A stretch of 33,453 nt of DNA from an uncultured bacterium (GTDB taxonomy: Bacteria > Myxococcota_A > Polyangia > Polyangiales > Houyiibacteriaceae). Positions 15,814 through 24,431 of the stretch are shown here, piece by piece; the stretch's first letter is position 1, and each line of letters opens with the position of its first letter. The position numbers were made by a program, and so were the translations under genes. The stretch is from positions 1-33,453 of the forward strand of contig CBDURI010000003.1 in NCBI GenBank assembly GCA_965369435.1, given 5' to 3'. Below the pieces are notes generated by a model that did not search any database, was not told the DNA's origin, and saw nothing but the letters and a program-made list of their open reading frames with translations.

Positions 15814-17040
15814 ATGAACGCGCCCATGGAAGAACTGCCGCGACAGATCGGCCGCTACCGAATCGAACGACTCCTGGGGTCGGGTTCGATGGGAACCGTC
15901 TATCTCGGGCACGACGCCGATCTCGACCGCCCAGTCGCAGTCAAAACGCTACGTGACTTGGCCCTCGATGCGGATATGCGGGACGTGTTCCTCAAGCGGT
16001 TCAAGAACGAGGCCCGTGCCGCGGCTCGCCTACAACACCCTAATATCGTTCAGATCTTCGACGTCGGCGACGACCCCAAGGTCGGCCCCTACCTGGTCTT
16101 CGAATACGTGCCCGGACACACGCTCAAACAAGAGCTCAGCAAGGGCGGGCCTCTGTCACGAGACAATCTGCTCGACCTGGCCCAGCACGTCGGCGATGCG
16201 CTTGCGACGGCACACCTTGCCGGTGTGATTCATAGGGATCTCAAGCCCGAGAATCTGCTGATCACCCAAAACGGGCAGGTGAAGCTCGCGGACTTCGGCA
16301 TCGCTCGCATACCCAACGCCGACCTCACCAAGGAGGGTCAGTTCTTGGGCACCCCATGCTACTCGGCACCCGAGACGCTGCGCAGCGGCGAATACAGCGA
16401 GCAGAGCGATTTGTTTTCGTTCGGCGCCGTCATCTATGAGGCCGCGTGTGGCGAACGCGCGTTTCCCGGCGCCGAGGCAATGGCGGTGGCGCACCAGGTC
16501 ATGAACCGCGACCCGATGCCGCCAAGCGAGGCCAATCGCGGCGCCGCGATCCCCCGGACCGTCGACGCCGCCATCCTGCGAGCACTCCGCAAGAACCCTT
16601 CCGAGCGCTACGCCAGCGCGCGCACATTCGTCTCCGCACTCAAAGAAGCGTATGACGGGCGACACCCACGAAAAGGGCGACGCAAGCGCAGGAGTCTACC
16701 CTTCATGATGACGTTAGCCATCGGGGCCCTGCTCGCGTTGTGGCTCGCACTACCACCCTGCGAGTGGTCTCACACTGGCACTGACGCTGGCACTGACGCT
16801 GGCACTGACGCTGCCACTGACTCTGCCACTGACACTGCCACTGACCCTGGCACCCTCTCGCCTCATGAGCGCGAGGAGGCCGCCAAGGACGAGCTCGGGA
16901 GGGTCCGGGACGCGCTTGGCCGAGGGGATCTAGCCGAAGCGGCGGCGGCGCTCGAGCGCGCCAGCGAAATCGACCCTAGCAACCCCGGCGTCGCCGAGCT
17001 GCGAGAGCAGTTACTCGCGCTGCAGCCGGATGCCGGCTAG
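15814..17040 (+). CDS. Hanks-type Ser/Thr protein kinase with a TM segment and a short C-terminal TPR-like region
   Basis: GSGSMGTVY, VAVK, HRDLKPEN, DFGIAR, GTPCYSAPE and SDLFSFG; basic patch then TM LPFMMTLAIGALLALWLAL. Alternative start at ATG 15826. Confidence 0.93.
   Translation: MNAPMEELPRQIGRYRIERLLGSGSMGTVYLGHDADLDRPVAVKTLRDLALDADMRDVFLKRFKNEARAAARLQHPNIVQIFDVGDDPKVGPYLVFEYVPGHTLKQELSKGGPLSRDNLLDLAQHVGDALATAHLAGVIHRDLKPENLLITQNGQVKLADFGIARIPNADLTKEGQFLGTPCYSAPETLRSGEYSEQSDLFSFGAVIYEAACGERAFPGAEAMAVAHQVMNRDPMPPSEANRGAAIPRTVDAAILRALRKNPSERYASARTFVSALKEAYDGRHPRKGRRKRRSLPFMMTLAIGALLALWLALPPCEWSHTGTDAGTDAGTDAATDSATDTATDPGTLSPHEREEAAKDELGRVRDALGRGDLAEAAAALERASEIDPSNPGVAELREQLLALQPDAG
16774..16851 (+). 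repeat. In-frame NCTGVC hexamer tandem repeat (13 units) inside the kinase gene
   Basis: actggc actgac gctggc actgac gctggc actgac gctgcc actgac tctgcc actgac actgcc actgac cctggc, encoding TGTDAGTDAGTDAATDSATDTATDPG. Confidence 0.9.
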
Positions 17041-17321
17041 TTCAGGTCGTTGCTGGGGTCTCGCACAGCCTTCCAGCGACAATCTTGGCCGCCGCCGGCC
17101 GTGGCGTTGCACTTGGACATGTAGGTCAGCGTCCGGCCGCAGCCGCTCACGCGTTTGACCGTGGGCTCGTCGCCGACGAACTCGATCATCGACGCGTCAC
17201 AGTCGAGGTCGACCGACGCGGCGCTTCGCACCTGTTGTGTGGCCGCTGACTCGTGACCGCATCCCAGGGCCAGCAGACTGAGGACCATGATGGCCGCAAC
17301 TTGGACGACTTTGTTCGGCAT
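17037..17321 (-). CDS. Small Cys-rich lipoprotein, function unknown
   Basis: Start reassigned to ATG 17321: MPNKVVQVAAIMVLSLLALG-C lipobox; four further Cys (DLDC, SGCG, SKC, QDC); TATGCT -10-like element upstream. Confidence 0.7.
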   Translation of the reverse strand: MPNKVVQVAAIMVLSLLALGCGHESAATQQVRSAASVDLDCDASMIEFVGDEPTVKRVSGCGRTLTYMSKCNATAGGGQDCRWKAVRDPSNDLN

Positions 17322-17370
17322 CAGCTCGACCCCCGCCGCGCAGCATACCGCATGCGCAGGCCAGGGGTGC

Positions 17371-18084
17371 TCATAACTTGATGCCCAGGCCTCGCAAATC
17401 ACTCTCCGCCTGCGGCGCCCAGCCGCGATTGGCCTTTGGGCTGGCAGGGCTCGGGTGCAGCACGGTTCCGATCGCCGGGCCCGCGTCGCCAAGGGCAGCA
17501 CGCGCGCGCTTCGTCGCCCAAGCACCCACTCCGACCACGATCTTCGGCTCGAGGGTCTCGACCACGGCGCGTAGTGCTTTGTCGCACGCGGACAGCAGCG
17601 CCTCGCGCTCATCGGCCGACAGCTTGTCGGGCGTCCGATTGCGCCCAGTCGATTCCATGAAGAGCAGCGGACAGTAGTTGGTCACGAAGAAACGAGAAAA
17701 GAACCGTTCCGGTGTGCCGAAGCGATCTCGCGCCCACCCCCAAACACGTGAGCCGCTGATTTCGGACCGCTGGCACGCGAAGCCGAGCACGGGGCGCTTC
17801 GGATGTTCGTGCGGTGGGCGGTCGACCGGCGCTTCGATACCCATCCAATCGCGAACGAACCCCACATCGCCGAAGGGAACGCCGGTTTGCCCCATCCCAA
17901 AGGGCCCGGGGTTCATCCCGACGAACAGGACCTCTTTGGGGCCTGCCCCGAAACGGCCGAGGTAGAGCTCATGCGGAAGCTTTGCGTATCGGAGGGGGTT
18001 GTAGACATGCGTGACGGGCCCGCCGAACTCGAGCCGCGACACCGCACGGCTCAATGCGCGCGAGACTTTGACGAGCTCGGCCAT
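17371..18084 (-). CDS. SMUG1-type (family 3) uracil-DNA glycosylase
   Basis: VYNPL.YA, GMNPGPFGMGQTGVPFG, HPKRPV.G..C..SE.SG.R, NYCPL, NRTPDKL and HPSPASP motifs. Confidence 0.93.
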   Translation of the reverse strand: MAELVKVSRALSRAVSRLEFGGPVTHVYNPLRYAKLPHELYLGRFGAGPKEVLFVGMNPGPFGMGQTGVPFGDVGFVRDWMGIEAPVDRPPHEHPKRPVLGFACQRSEISGSRVWGWARDRFGTPERFFSRFFVTNYCPLLFMESTGRNRTPDKLSADEREALLSACDKALRAVVETLEPKIVVGVGAWATKRARAALGDAGPAIGTVLHPSPASPKANRGWAPQAESDLRGLGIKL

Positions 18085-18090
18085 GGGTGG

Positions 18091-18999
18091 TCAGCAGAGA
18101 TAACGCTCGCCACCATCGCACAGGATAGTGACCACTCGCTCTCCGGTCTGCATCCTGCGCGACACCTCGAGCGCTGCGTGGACGTTCGCGCCGGAGGAGG
18201 GTCCCAACAACAGCCCTTCCTCGCGGGCAAGACGCTTGGTCATGCGCTCGGCGGCCAGGTCCGTGACAGTGATCACCTCGTCGATCAGCTCGGTGTCGAG
18301 CACAGCGGGGGTGAAGCCGGCGCCGAGCCCTTGAATACCGTGCAGCCCCGGCTTCCCGCCCGAGAGTACGGCGCTCGCCCGCGGTTCGACCGCGACGACA
18401 CGAATGTTCGGGTTGCGCTCCTTGAACACGCGTCCAACGCCGGTGAGGGTGCCTCCGGTGCCCACGCCCACGACGAAAGCGTCGATCTTGCCGGCAGTCG
18501 CCTCCCAGATCTCCTCGGCCGTGGTTTTCGAGTGGATGTCCGGATTGGCGGGATTCTCGAACTGACCGCACATCAACGAGCCGGGTGTCGCTTGCATCAA
18601 ACGCTCCGCCTGCTCGACGGCGCCGGCCATGCCGTCCTCCGCACCGGTCAACACCACCTCGGCACCGTACGATTTCAACAGGTGACGGCGAGCCGCGCTC
18701 ATGTCCTCGGGCATCACGATGACGCACCGGTACCCCCGAACGGCACAGATCATCGCGAGACTGATACCGGTGTTGCCGCTGGTCGCCTCGACGACGGTCG
18801 ACCCCGGAACGAGCTCGCCGGACTCTTCTGCTGCGAGGATCATCGAGAGCGCCGGGCGGTCCTTCACCGAACCCGCCACGTTGCTCGATTCGAGCTTTCC
18901 GCAGACCTCGGCGCCCTTGTCACCCGTGATGCGTGCGAGCCTGACCAAAGGCGTGTGGCCGATCAGGTCCAGCGCGCCGTCGTAGATTCCGTCTGTCAT
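18091..18999 (-). CDS. cysK: Cysteine synthase A (O-acetylserine sulfhydrylase)
   Basis: IGHTPLV, KLE..N.AGSVKDR, EATSGNTG, QFENPAN, GVGTGGT, HGIQGLGAGF, GPSSGA and DGGERYL motifs. Confidence 0.95.
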   Translation of the reverse strand: MTDGIYDGALDLIGHTPLVRLARITGDKGAEVCGKLESSNVAGSVKDRPALSMILAAEESGELVPGSTVVEATSGNTGISLAMICAVRGYRCVIVMPEDMSAARRHLLKSYGAEVVLTGAEDGMAGAVEQAERLMQATPGSLMCGQFENPANPDIHSKTTAEEIWEATAGKIDAFVVGVGTGGTLTGVGRVFKERNPNIRVVAVEPRASAVLSGGKPGLHGIQGLGAGFTPAVLDTELIDEVITVTDLAAERMTKRLAREEGLLLGPSSGANVHAALEVSRRMQTGERVVTILCDGGERYLC

Positions 19000-19025
19000 G
19001 TGGCGGCTAGCATACCAGGCGGCGG

Positions 19026-20036
19026 TTACTTGTCACCGCCCGAAGAGCCTGATTCGTGAACGTCGTAGGCCTGGACGATCTGTTGGACCAGGGGATGTCG
19101 GACCACGTCGGCATGCGAGAAGTAGACGAAGTTGATCCCTTTGATCTTCGAAAGCACCTTTTCGGCATGGCGCAGCCCGCTGCGCGCCCCGCCGGGAAGA
19201 TCAACCTGGGTCACATCGCCGGTGATGACGGTTTTCGAGTCGAACCCAAGACGAGTCAGAAACATCTTCATCTGCTCCGCCGTCGTATTCTGCGCCTCGT
19301 CGAGGACGACGAAGGCGTCGTTCAGTGTTCGGCCACGCATGAACGCCAAGGGTGCGATCTCGATCGTGCCCCGCTCGATCAGCATGGAAACGCGGCCGGG
19401 GTCCATCATGTCGTGCAACGCGTCGTAGAGGGGCCGCAGATACGGGTTGATCTTCTCAGCCAAATCGCCCGGCAGGAACCCAAGTCGCTCGCCGGCTTCG
19501 ACCGCAGGCCGCGTCAGAACGATGCGCTTGACCTGCCGCTCCTCGAGGGCGCGGATGGCCATCGCCATGGCGAGGTACGTCTTGCCGGTGCCCGCGGGAC
19601 CGATCCCGAAGACAATGTCGTAGCTCCGCATCGCCTGGACGTAGGTTTGCTGAGCAACGCCTTTGGGCGATACGATGCGACGGCTGGAGGTCGTCAGCAC
19701 GACGTCGTCTAGCAGTGCCCGCAGCTTCATCTGCGGATGGGTGCGAAGCGTCCTGGCAGCGCGCGCCATCTCGACGGAACTGAGGTCGCGGAACTGCAAC
19801 GCATCGATGAGCTCGTGCAGGACTCGCTCCACCAGTTCGACATCGCGGTTCGACCCTTGGATGTGAATCGTGGACCCACGTAGACCCATCGACACCCCGA
19901 GCTCAGCCTCCAGAATGCGCAAGTTGGAGCCGCCAGGGCCGGTGAGCTTGAGTAGCAGACCGGGATCGGCGACCTCAATGTCGGCGGCTACACCGGCCTC
20001 AACGGGGCCGCTCTGCGCGATCGGTTCGATGCCCAA
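19026..20036 (-). CDS. phoH: PhoH family ATPase with an N-terminal KH-like region
   Basis: [63 protein letters not shown] and DVVRHPLV. The start codon is uncertain (TTG). Confidence 0.94.
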   Translation of the reverse strand: MGIEPIAQSGPVEAGVAADIEVADPGLLLKLTGPGGSNLRILEAELGVSMGLRGSTIHIQGSNRDVELVERVLHELIDALQFRDLSSVEMARAARTLRTHPQMKLRALLDDVVLTTSSRRIVSPKGVAQQTYVQAMRSYDIVFGIGPAGTGKTYLAMAMAIRALEERQVKRIVLTRPAVEAGERLGFLPGDLAEKINPYLRPLYDALHDMMDPGRVSMLIERGTIEIAPLAFMRGRTLNDAFVVLDEAQNTTAEQMKMFLTRLGFDSKTVITGDVTQVDLPGGARSGLRHAEKVLSKIKGINFVYFSHADVVRHPLVQQIVQAYDVHESGSSGGDK

Positions 20037-20075
20037 AGTCTAACCTGTCCCGCCGTGACGCGCGAGCCTCGCGCG

Positions 20076-22112
20076 CTACCGCCAAACCAACGCATCCGGC
20101 TCGCGTTCCACGGCGCTTTCGAGACGCTCGTGAGCAGCGAGAATCAGGGACCGCGTCGTATCCCCGTCGAGCGGGTATGACGCCAACCCCACTGCAGCGT
20201 GCAGAAAGGAGAGCTCTTCGGGCTGCCGAGTGCGCTGGGCATCGAGATCCTCTTGAAGCCTGCGGATGACCTCGACGACAGCCCGGGCGCTAGAGCCGTC
20301 GAACCCAACCACGAACGTGTTCTCGTCCCAACGGCCTCGAACGTCTTCGCGGCGGAATCTCCCGTAGATCAACCGGCCCAAATGAGTTCGCAAGCGTCGC
20401 GCCTTGGCGTGATCGAGCCCATCGAGACCCGTCGCCTGAAGGAGGCCTAGCGAGTACGTGCGGCCATTTCGCTGGGCGGATGATAGGCCCGATTCGAGTG
20501 CGGCCACAGCACCCGAACGCGCAAGCAACCCGGTCTGGCTGCACCGCAATTGCTGCCGGCGGAGTCGCGCCATCCGCTCGGCCTCGCGGTGCAGGTTCAC
20601 CAGCCAACCAGCCGCGCGAACAAGAGGCTCGCCGACCTCGGATTCTTTGACGAGCGGGGAATCATCGAAGCACAGCAAAGCAAACTCCGAATCCCAAGCC
20701 GACATGCGGATGATGGCGGGCACCTGTTTGCCAGCGACGCTGGACCCCAGCAACACCGCGTCCGGACACTGGATGTCGATCTCGCGCAAGAGCTCCTCGA
20801 GGCTGAAGTAGAGGAAACATTCGATGCCGGCTTCTTCGATCTGCCGCGCCGCGTCCGGGTCGCGAAGGACGGCGACCTTGGGCCGCGGGGTCATGGCGCG
20901 CTCGACCGCGGTGCCTATCGCGTGATGGAGCCGGACGAGCTCGATGGGGTGCGGCAGAAAGATGTCGACGCCAAGCTGCGCAGCGAGAGCCCGAGTGTGC
21001 GGGTCGTCATCGAGCGAGAGCAGAATGACAGGCGCCTCCGTGCAGCCGTGCATGCTGCGGAACATCTGAAAAAACTTGGGGAGCGCCTCTCGGTCCTCGA
21101 GAGGCCAGCCCACGAGAACCGCGGTGGGCGGATTCCGGCTGGCGACCTTGAGCGCCTCGTCGACGGTCGACACGGGCCTCAAATGGACGAGCACTTCGTC
21201 GAGAGCGGACCGTAAGTAGGCGATCATCGCGGGGTCGTCTTCGAGCACCAGCAGGGTCGGGACGAAATCCCTCGGAACGGGGCGGTGCAGGAAGAACGTC
21301 GCAGCTGGAGTGACCGACGGCGGAGCGGCCGCCATGGACCCGGTGTCGACCGAGCGACCGACCGCTGCAGCGGCATGGACGCGAACCTCATCGATCGACT
21401 CGAACATGGTCGTCCAATCGAGCCGTCCCGACTCTTGCAGATGACGAAGCTGGCTTTCGATTCGGCCCACCGCCGCGGAGATTTCCTCGAAGCCGTGCGT
21501 TTGTGCGGCGCCGTGCAGGTCGTGCGCTTGGCGCAGCGCTTCGGCGACCACACTCGTTCGATCGGCCTCCGAGTGCACTCGACGGATCGCGCCCGTCAGG
21601 TTGTCTGCTGCAATCGGAAGCAGGCTGGTATACGACTGCTTGGCCTTCTCGGCGTCGACGCCAGGCTCGGAATCCTGGTCGGGAAAAAGCACTCGGTCGG
21701 CCGGGTCATCGGGAGGCCCGTTCGCGGCTGGCGTCAGGCTCATCGGAGCAGACACTGCGTTCGCCACCTCGCGAGCGAATCGTTCCACCGCGACGGGCTT
21801 GTGGAACACCTTGATCACGTCGAGATCGACCGTGAGATGCTTGAACGTCGTCAGATCCCTGTAGAACGCGGAAACGAAAATGACCGGGATGTGGATGCCG
21901 TCACCGCGGAGGCGTTCGATCCAGACGATACCGTTGATGTCGGGGAGCAGGCCGTCGACGATGAGCAACGACGGCTCCTCTTCTTCGAGTAACGCGCGGG
22001 CGATGCTGCCCTTGGTCGCGTTCAGGACGCGAAGCCCGAACGCTTCGAGCGCGGGAGTGACACTCGATCGAAACTGAGTGTCATCGTCAAGCAGGAGGAC
22101 GGTCGGGGGCAC
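20076..22112 (-). CDS. Multidomain response regulator: REC - HPt - pseudo-REC - pseudo-REC - degenerate GGDEF
   Basis: REC1 LLLDDD..LLIVDGLLPDING..FVSA..HKP; HPt AHDLHGAAQTHGF; REC2 LLVLEDD..VLVGW lacks the Asp; C-terminal QTGLLAR...RREDVRGRWDENTF...VGLASYPLDG. Confidence 0.8.
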   Translation of the reverse strand: MPPTVLLLDDDTQFRSSVTPALEAFGLRVLNATKGSIARALLEEEEPSLLIVDGLLPDINGIVWIERLRGDGIHIPVIFVSAFYRDLTTFKHLTVDLDVIKVFHKPVAVERFAREVANAVSAPMSLTPAANGPPDDPADRVLFPDQDSEPGVDAEKAKQSYTSLLPIAADNLTGAIRRVHSEADRTSVVAEALRQAHDLHGAAQTHGFEEISAAVGRIESQLRHLQESGRLDWTTMFESIDEVRVHAAAAVGRSVDTGSMAAAPPSVTPAATFFLHRPVPRDFVPTLLVLEDDPAMIAYLRSALDEVLVHLRPVSTVDEALKVASRNPPTAVLVGWPLEDREALPKFFQMFRSMHGCTEAPVILLSLDDDPHTRALAAQLGVDIFLPHPIELVRLHHAIGTAVERAMTPRPKVAVLRDPDAARQIEEAGIECFLYFSLEELLREIDIQCPDAVLLGSSVAGKQVPAIIRMSAWDSEFALLCFDDSPLVKESEVGEPLVRAAGWLVNLHREAERMARLRRQQLRCSQTGLLARSGAVAALESGLSSAQRNGRTYSLGLLQATGLDGLDHAKARRLRTHLGRLIYGRFRREDVRGRWDENTFVVGFDGSSARAVVEVIRRLQEDLDAQRTRQPEELSFLHAAVGLASYPLDGDTTRSLILAAHERLESAVEREPDALVWR

Positions 22113-22168
22113 GTCTCAGACAGTGTGGCACCGTTTGCAGCGGCCACAAAGCGACCCGGCGAGTGGGC

Positions 22169-22876
22169 TCAGGAGGCGCGCCGGTAGTCGGAATCGGCCT
22201 GCTGGAGGTAGGCATGGGCGACCGCATGGTCGGCGCATTCGTCGATCACTGCGCGCAGGTGCTGCAGGCCCTCTTTGTGGTCTCCCGTCTCGATTTCGAT
22301 CACGCCCAGCAGCGCTCGCGCGTCGTGGTGGTCCGGGTCCAGCTGCAAGATGAGCGTGAGCTCCTCGCGGGCGCCGTGGGCGTTGCCGCGCAGCCTGAGC
22401 AGTTTGGCGAGCTCGAGACGGATGTCGTGGAACTTCGGGCAAAGCCGGAGCGCGCGCCCGAACTCGTGCATCGCGTCCTCGGGACGATCTAGGTCGAGGT
22501 ATGCGCGACCGAGCGAACGGTGAAGGTTCGCCACCTTGCCGCGCCGGTAGGCGTCGTTCGACGAGTCGGAGTGGCGTTGAGCCTGCTGCATCGTGCGAAC
22601 ACCAGACCCGTACTCCCCGAGCTCGTTGCACGTCACCGTGAGATTGAGCGCCGCCTCGAGATAGCCAGAGTTGACCTCGAGCGCCTGCTCGAAGCACCAG
22701 CGCGCTTCAGGGAGCCGTCCATTCAAGTGATAGATGACGCCGAGCCGATTGAACACGTCCGGATAGCGCAGCCCCTGCTGCACCAGCTTCTCGTAGTAGG
22801 GCTGAGCGAGCGCGTACTCGGCGCGGTCGTAGTGTTCGTTCGCCGCCTCCAGAATCTGTTCTGCCCAGGGAGCCAT
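22169..22876 (-). CDS. Cytoplasmic TPR protein
   Basis: Start reassigned to ATG 22876; TPR units YPDVFNRLGVIY...FEQALEVN.GYLEA and HRSLGRAY...ALRLCPKFHDIR. Confidence 0.85.
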   Translation of the reverse strand: MAPWAEQILEAANEHYDRAEYALAQPYYEKLVQQGLRYPDVFNRLGVIYHLNGRLPEARWCFEQALEVNSGYLEAALNLTVTCNELGEYGSGVRTMQQAQRHSDSSNDAYRRGKVANLHRSLGRAYLDLDRPEDAMHEFGRALRLCPKFHDIRLELAKLLRLRGNAHGAREELTLILQLDPDHHDARALLGVIEIETGDHKEGLQHLRAVIDECADHAVAHAYLQQADSDYRRAS

Positions 22877-22931
22877 GGAGCCGAAGGTAGCGATCGGCTG
22901 GATCGGTGGCCAGAAATCCGCGCTCGGCGCG

Positions 22932-23732
22932 TCAGCCCATCTTGCCAAGGAGGGCCCGTGCCTTCTTGGCCTCGCCGCTCTCCGGGAAACGCTGGACGAT
23001 CTCGTTGAAGGTCTGGCGAGCTGCCTCGACCTCGGAGTTCTTCAAGTAGACCTCTCCGAGCAGCAGTAGTGCCTTGGATTCGACGCCGCTGCCGGGATAG
23101 GCCGCGAGCAGCCCCTTGAGCCGCGAAATCACCCCTCGATACGCCTCCCGCTTGAGGTAGAAGCGCGCCACGTAAAATTCGTGAGCGGCGAGCAGGCCCA
23201 TGCATTCCTCCATGAGCTTGTTGGCGTCCGGAACGCGTTGGTCGTCCGGGTAGTCGACCACGAAGCGGCGCAGCTGGATGAGAGCGTCGCGTGCGGCGCT
23301 CTGGTCCCGCTCGGCCGCAGGAGGTGTCATGAACCAGCCGCTAGGGATTTGGTTGTAGTAGCACTCGGCGATTCGAAACCGCGCGTAGGGGATCTCTTTG
23401 TGTGAAGGACGGATGCGGACGAACTGCCGGTAGGTCTGGATCGCCTCGGGATACGCTTCGTTCTTGAACTGGCAGTCGCCGATACGAAGCTCGGCCAGCG
23501 CAGCAAACCGGCTATACGGAAACTCCCGACGGATCTCGCGGAACATCGGCTCCGCGGACAGGCAATCGCCACGGCGAAAATCGAGCAGCGCCTTCTCGTA
23601 GCCGCTGCGCGCATCATCGTCCGGCTCGAGCATTTTTCTGCCACTCTTCGAGGGAGAAAGAGAGCTGCCGCCGCACGCCATGGCGAACGCGAGCAGGCCA
23701 ATCCACACCGATCTGTCGAGGCGAAACCCCAT
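22932..23732 (-). CDS. bamD: Outer membrane protein assembly factor BamD (lipoprotein)
   Basis: Start reassigned to ATG 23732; lipobox AMAC; FPYSRFA..AELRIGD, RP.H..IPYA, RDQ, HEFYVARFYLKR and YPGS motifs. Confidence 0.9.
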   Translation of the reverse strand: MGFRLDRSVWIGLLAFAMACGGSSLSPSKSGRKMLEPDDDARSGYEKALLDFRRGDCLSAEPMFREIRREFPYSRFAALAELRIGDCQFKNEAYPEAIQTYRQFVRIRPSHKEIPYARFRIAECYYNQIPSGWFMTPPAAERDQSAARDALIQLRRFVVDYPDDQRVPDANKLMEECMGLLAAHEFYVARFYLKREAYRGVISRLKGLLAAYPGSGVESKALLLLGEVYLKNSEVEAARQTFNEIVQRFPESGEAKKARALLGKMG

Positions 23733-23800
23733 CGCCACGGGGGGTAGCCTCTGATCCTGGCGGAAACAAGGCAACGGACCCCCTGAGGAGTTGGGCGGCC

Positions 23801-24373
23801 TCACGCGCTTGCGATTTGGTTGTCGATGACACGAGCCGGGTCGATGCCGAGCGTCGCGAGCGCGGCTTCCCAGCGGTTCTCGACCGGCGTCTCGAATACG
23901 AGGCTGTAGTTGAGGTCGACCGGAATCCAGGAGCCCTGCTTCATCTCACTCTCGAGTTGGCCTTCCCCCCAGCCGGAGTAGCCGAGCATCATGGCGCAAG
24001 TGTCGGGCCCGTCGCCACGCGCGATGCGTTCGAGCAACTCGAGCGAAGCGCTGCATGCAATGCGTTCGCCCACTGCAATCGTGTGACCGGTCGACGGCTG
24101 GGGAACCCCTTCGGCATCGTAGAGGATCCAGCCGGTCTCAGGCGACACCGGCCCACCGAGCATGACGGGGGCGCGCACTGTGCTTGCCACGTCACCGGAA
24201 ACTCCCACTTCGTTGAAGACGTCTCCGATGTCGAGGTCGGTCACGCGATTGAGGACGAAGCCAAAAGAACCCTCGTCGCCGTGATCGATCAGCAACACCA
24301 GCGTATGATTGAAGAAGGGACACCGCATGGACGGTGCCGCGACGAGAAACCCCGGTGCAAGTGATGCCACCAC
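23801..24373 (-). CDS. yqgE: YqgE/AlgH (DUF179) family protein
   Basis: FLVAAPSM..PFF..TLVLLIDH..EGSFGFVLNR, GGPV, LGYSGWGEGQLE.E...SW and LGIDP motifs. GTG start at 24373 or 24370. Confidence 0.9.
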   Translation of the reverse strand: MVASLAPGFLVAAPSMRCPFFNHTLVLLIDHGDEGSFGFVLNRVTDLDIGDVFNEVGVSGDVASTVRAPVMLGGPVSPETGWILYDAEGVPQPSTGHTIAVGERIACSASLELLERIARGDGPDTCAMMLGYSGWGEGQLESEMKQGSWIPVDLNYSLVFETPVENRWEAALATLGIDPARVIDNQIASA

Positions 24374-24431
24374 GAACCGAGACTGCCACCAAACCGAAGA
24401 CCTCGCGAGCCCAAAGTCAGGGGCAGCGAAA

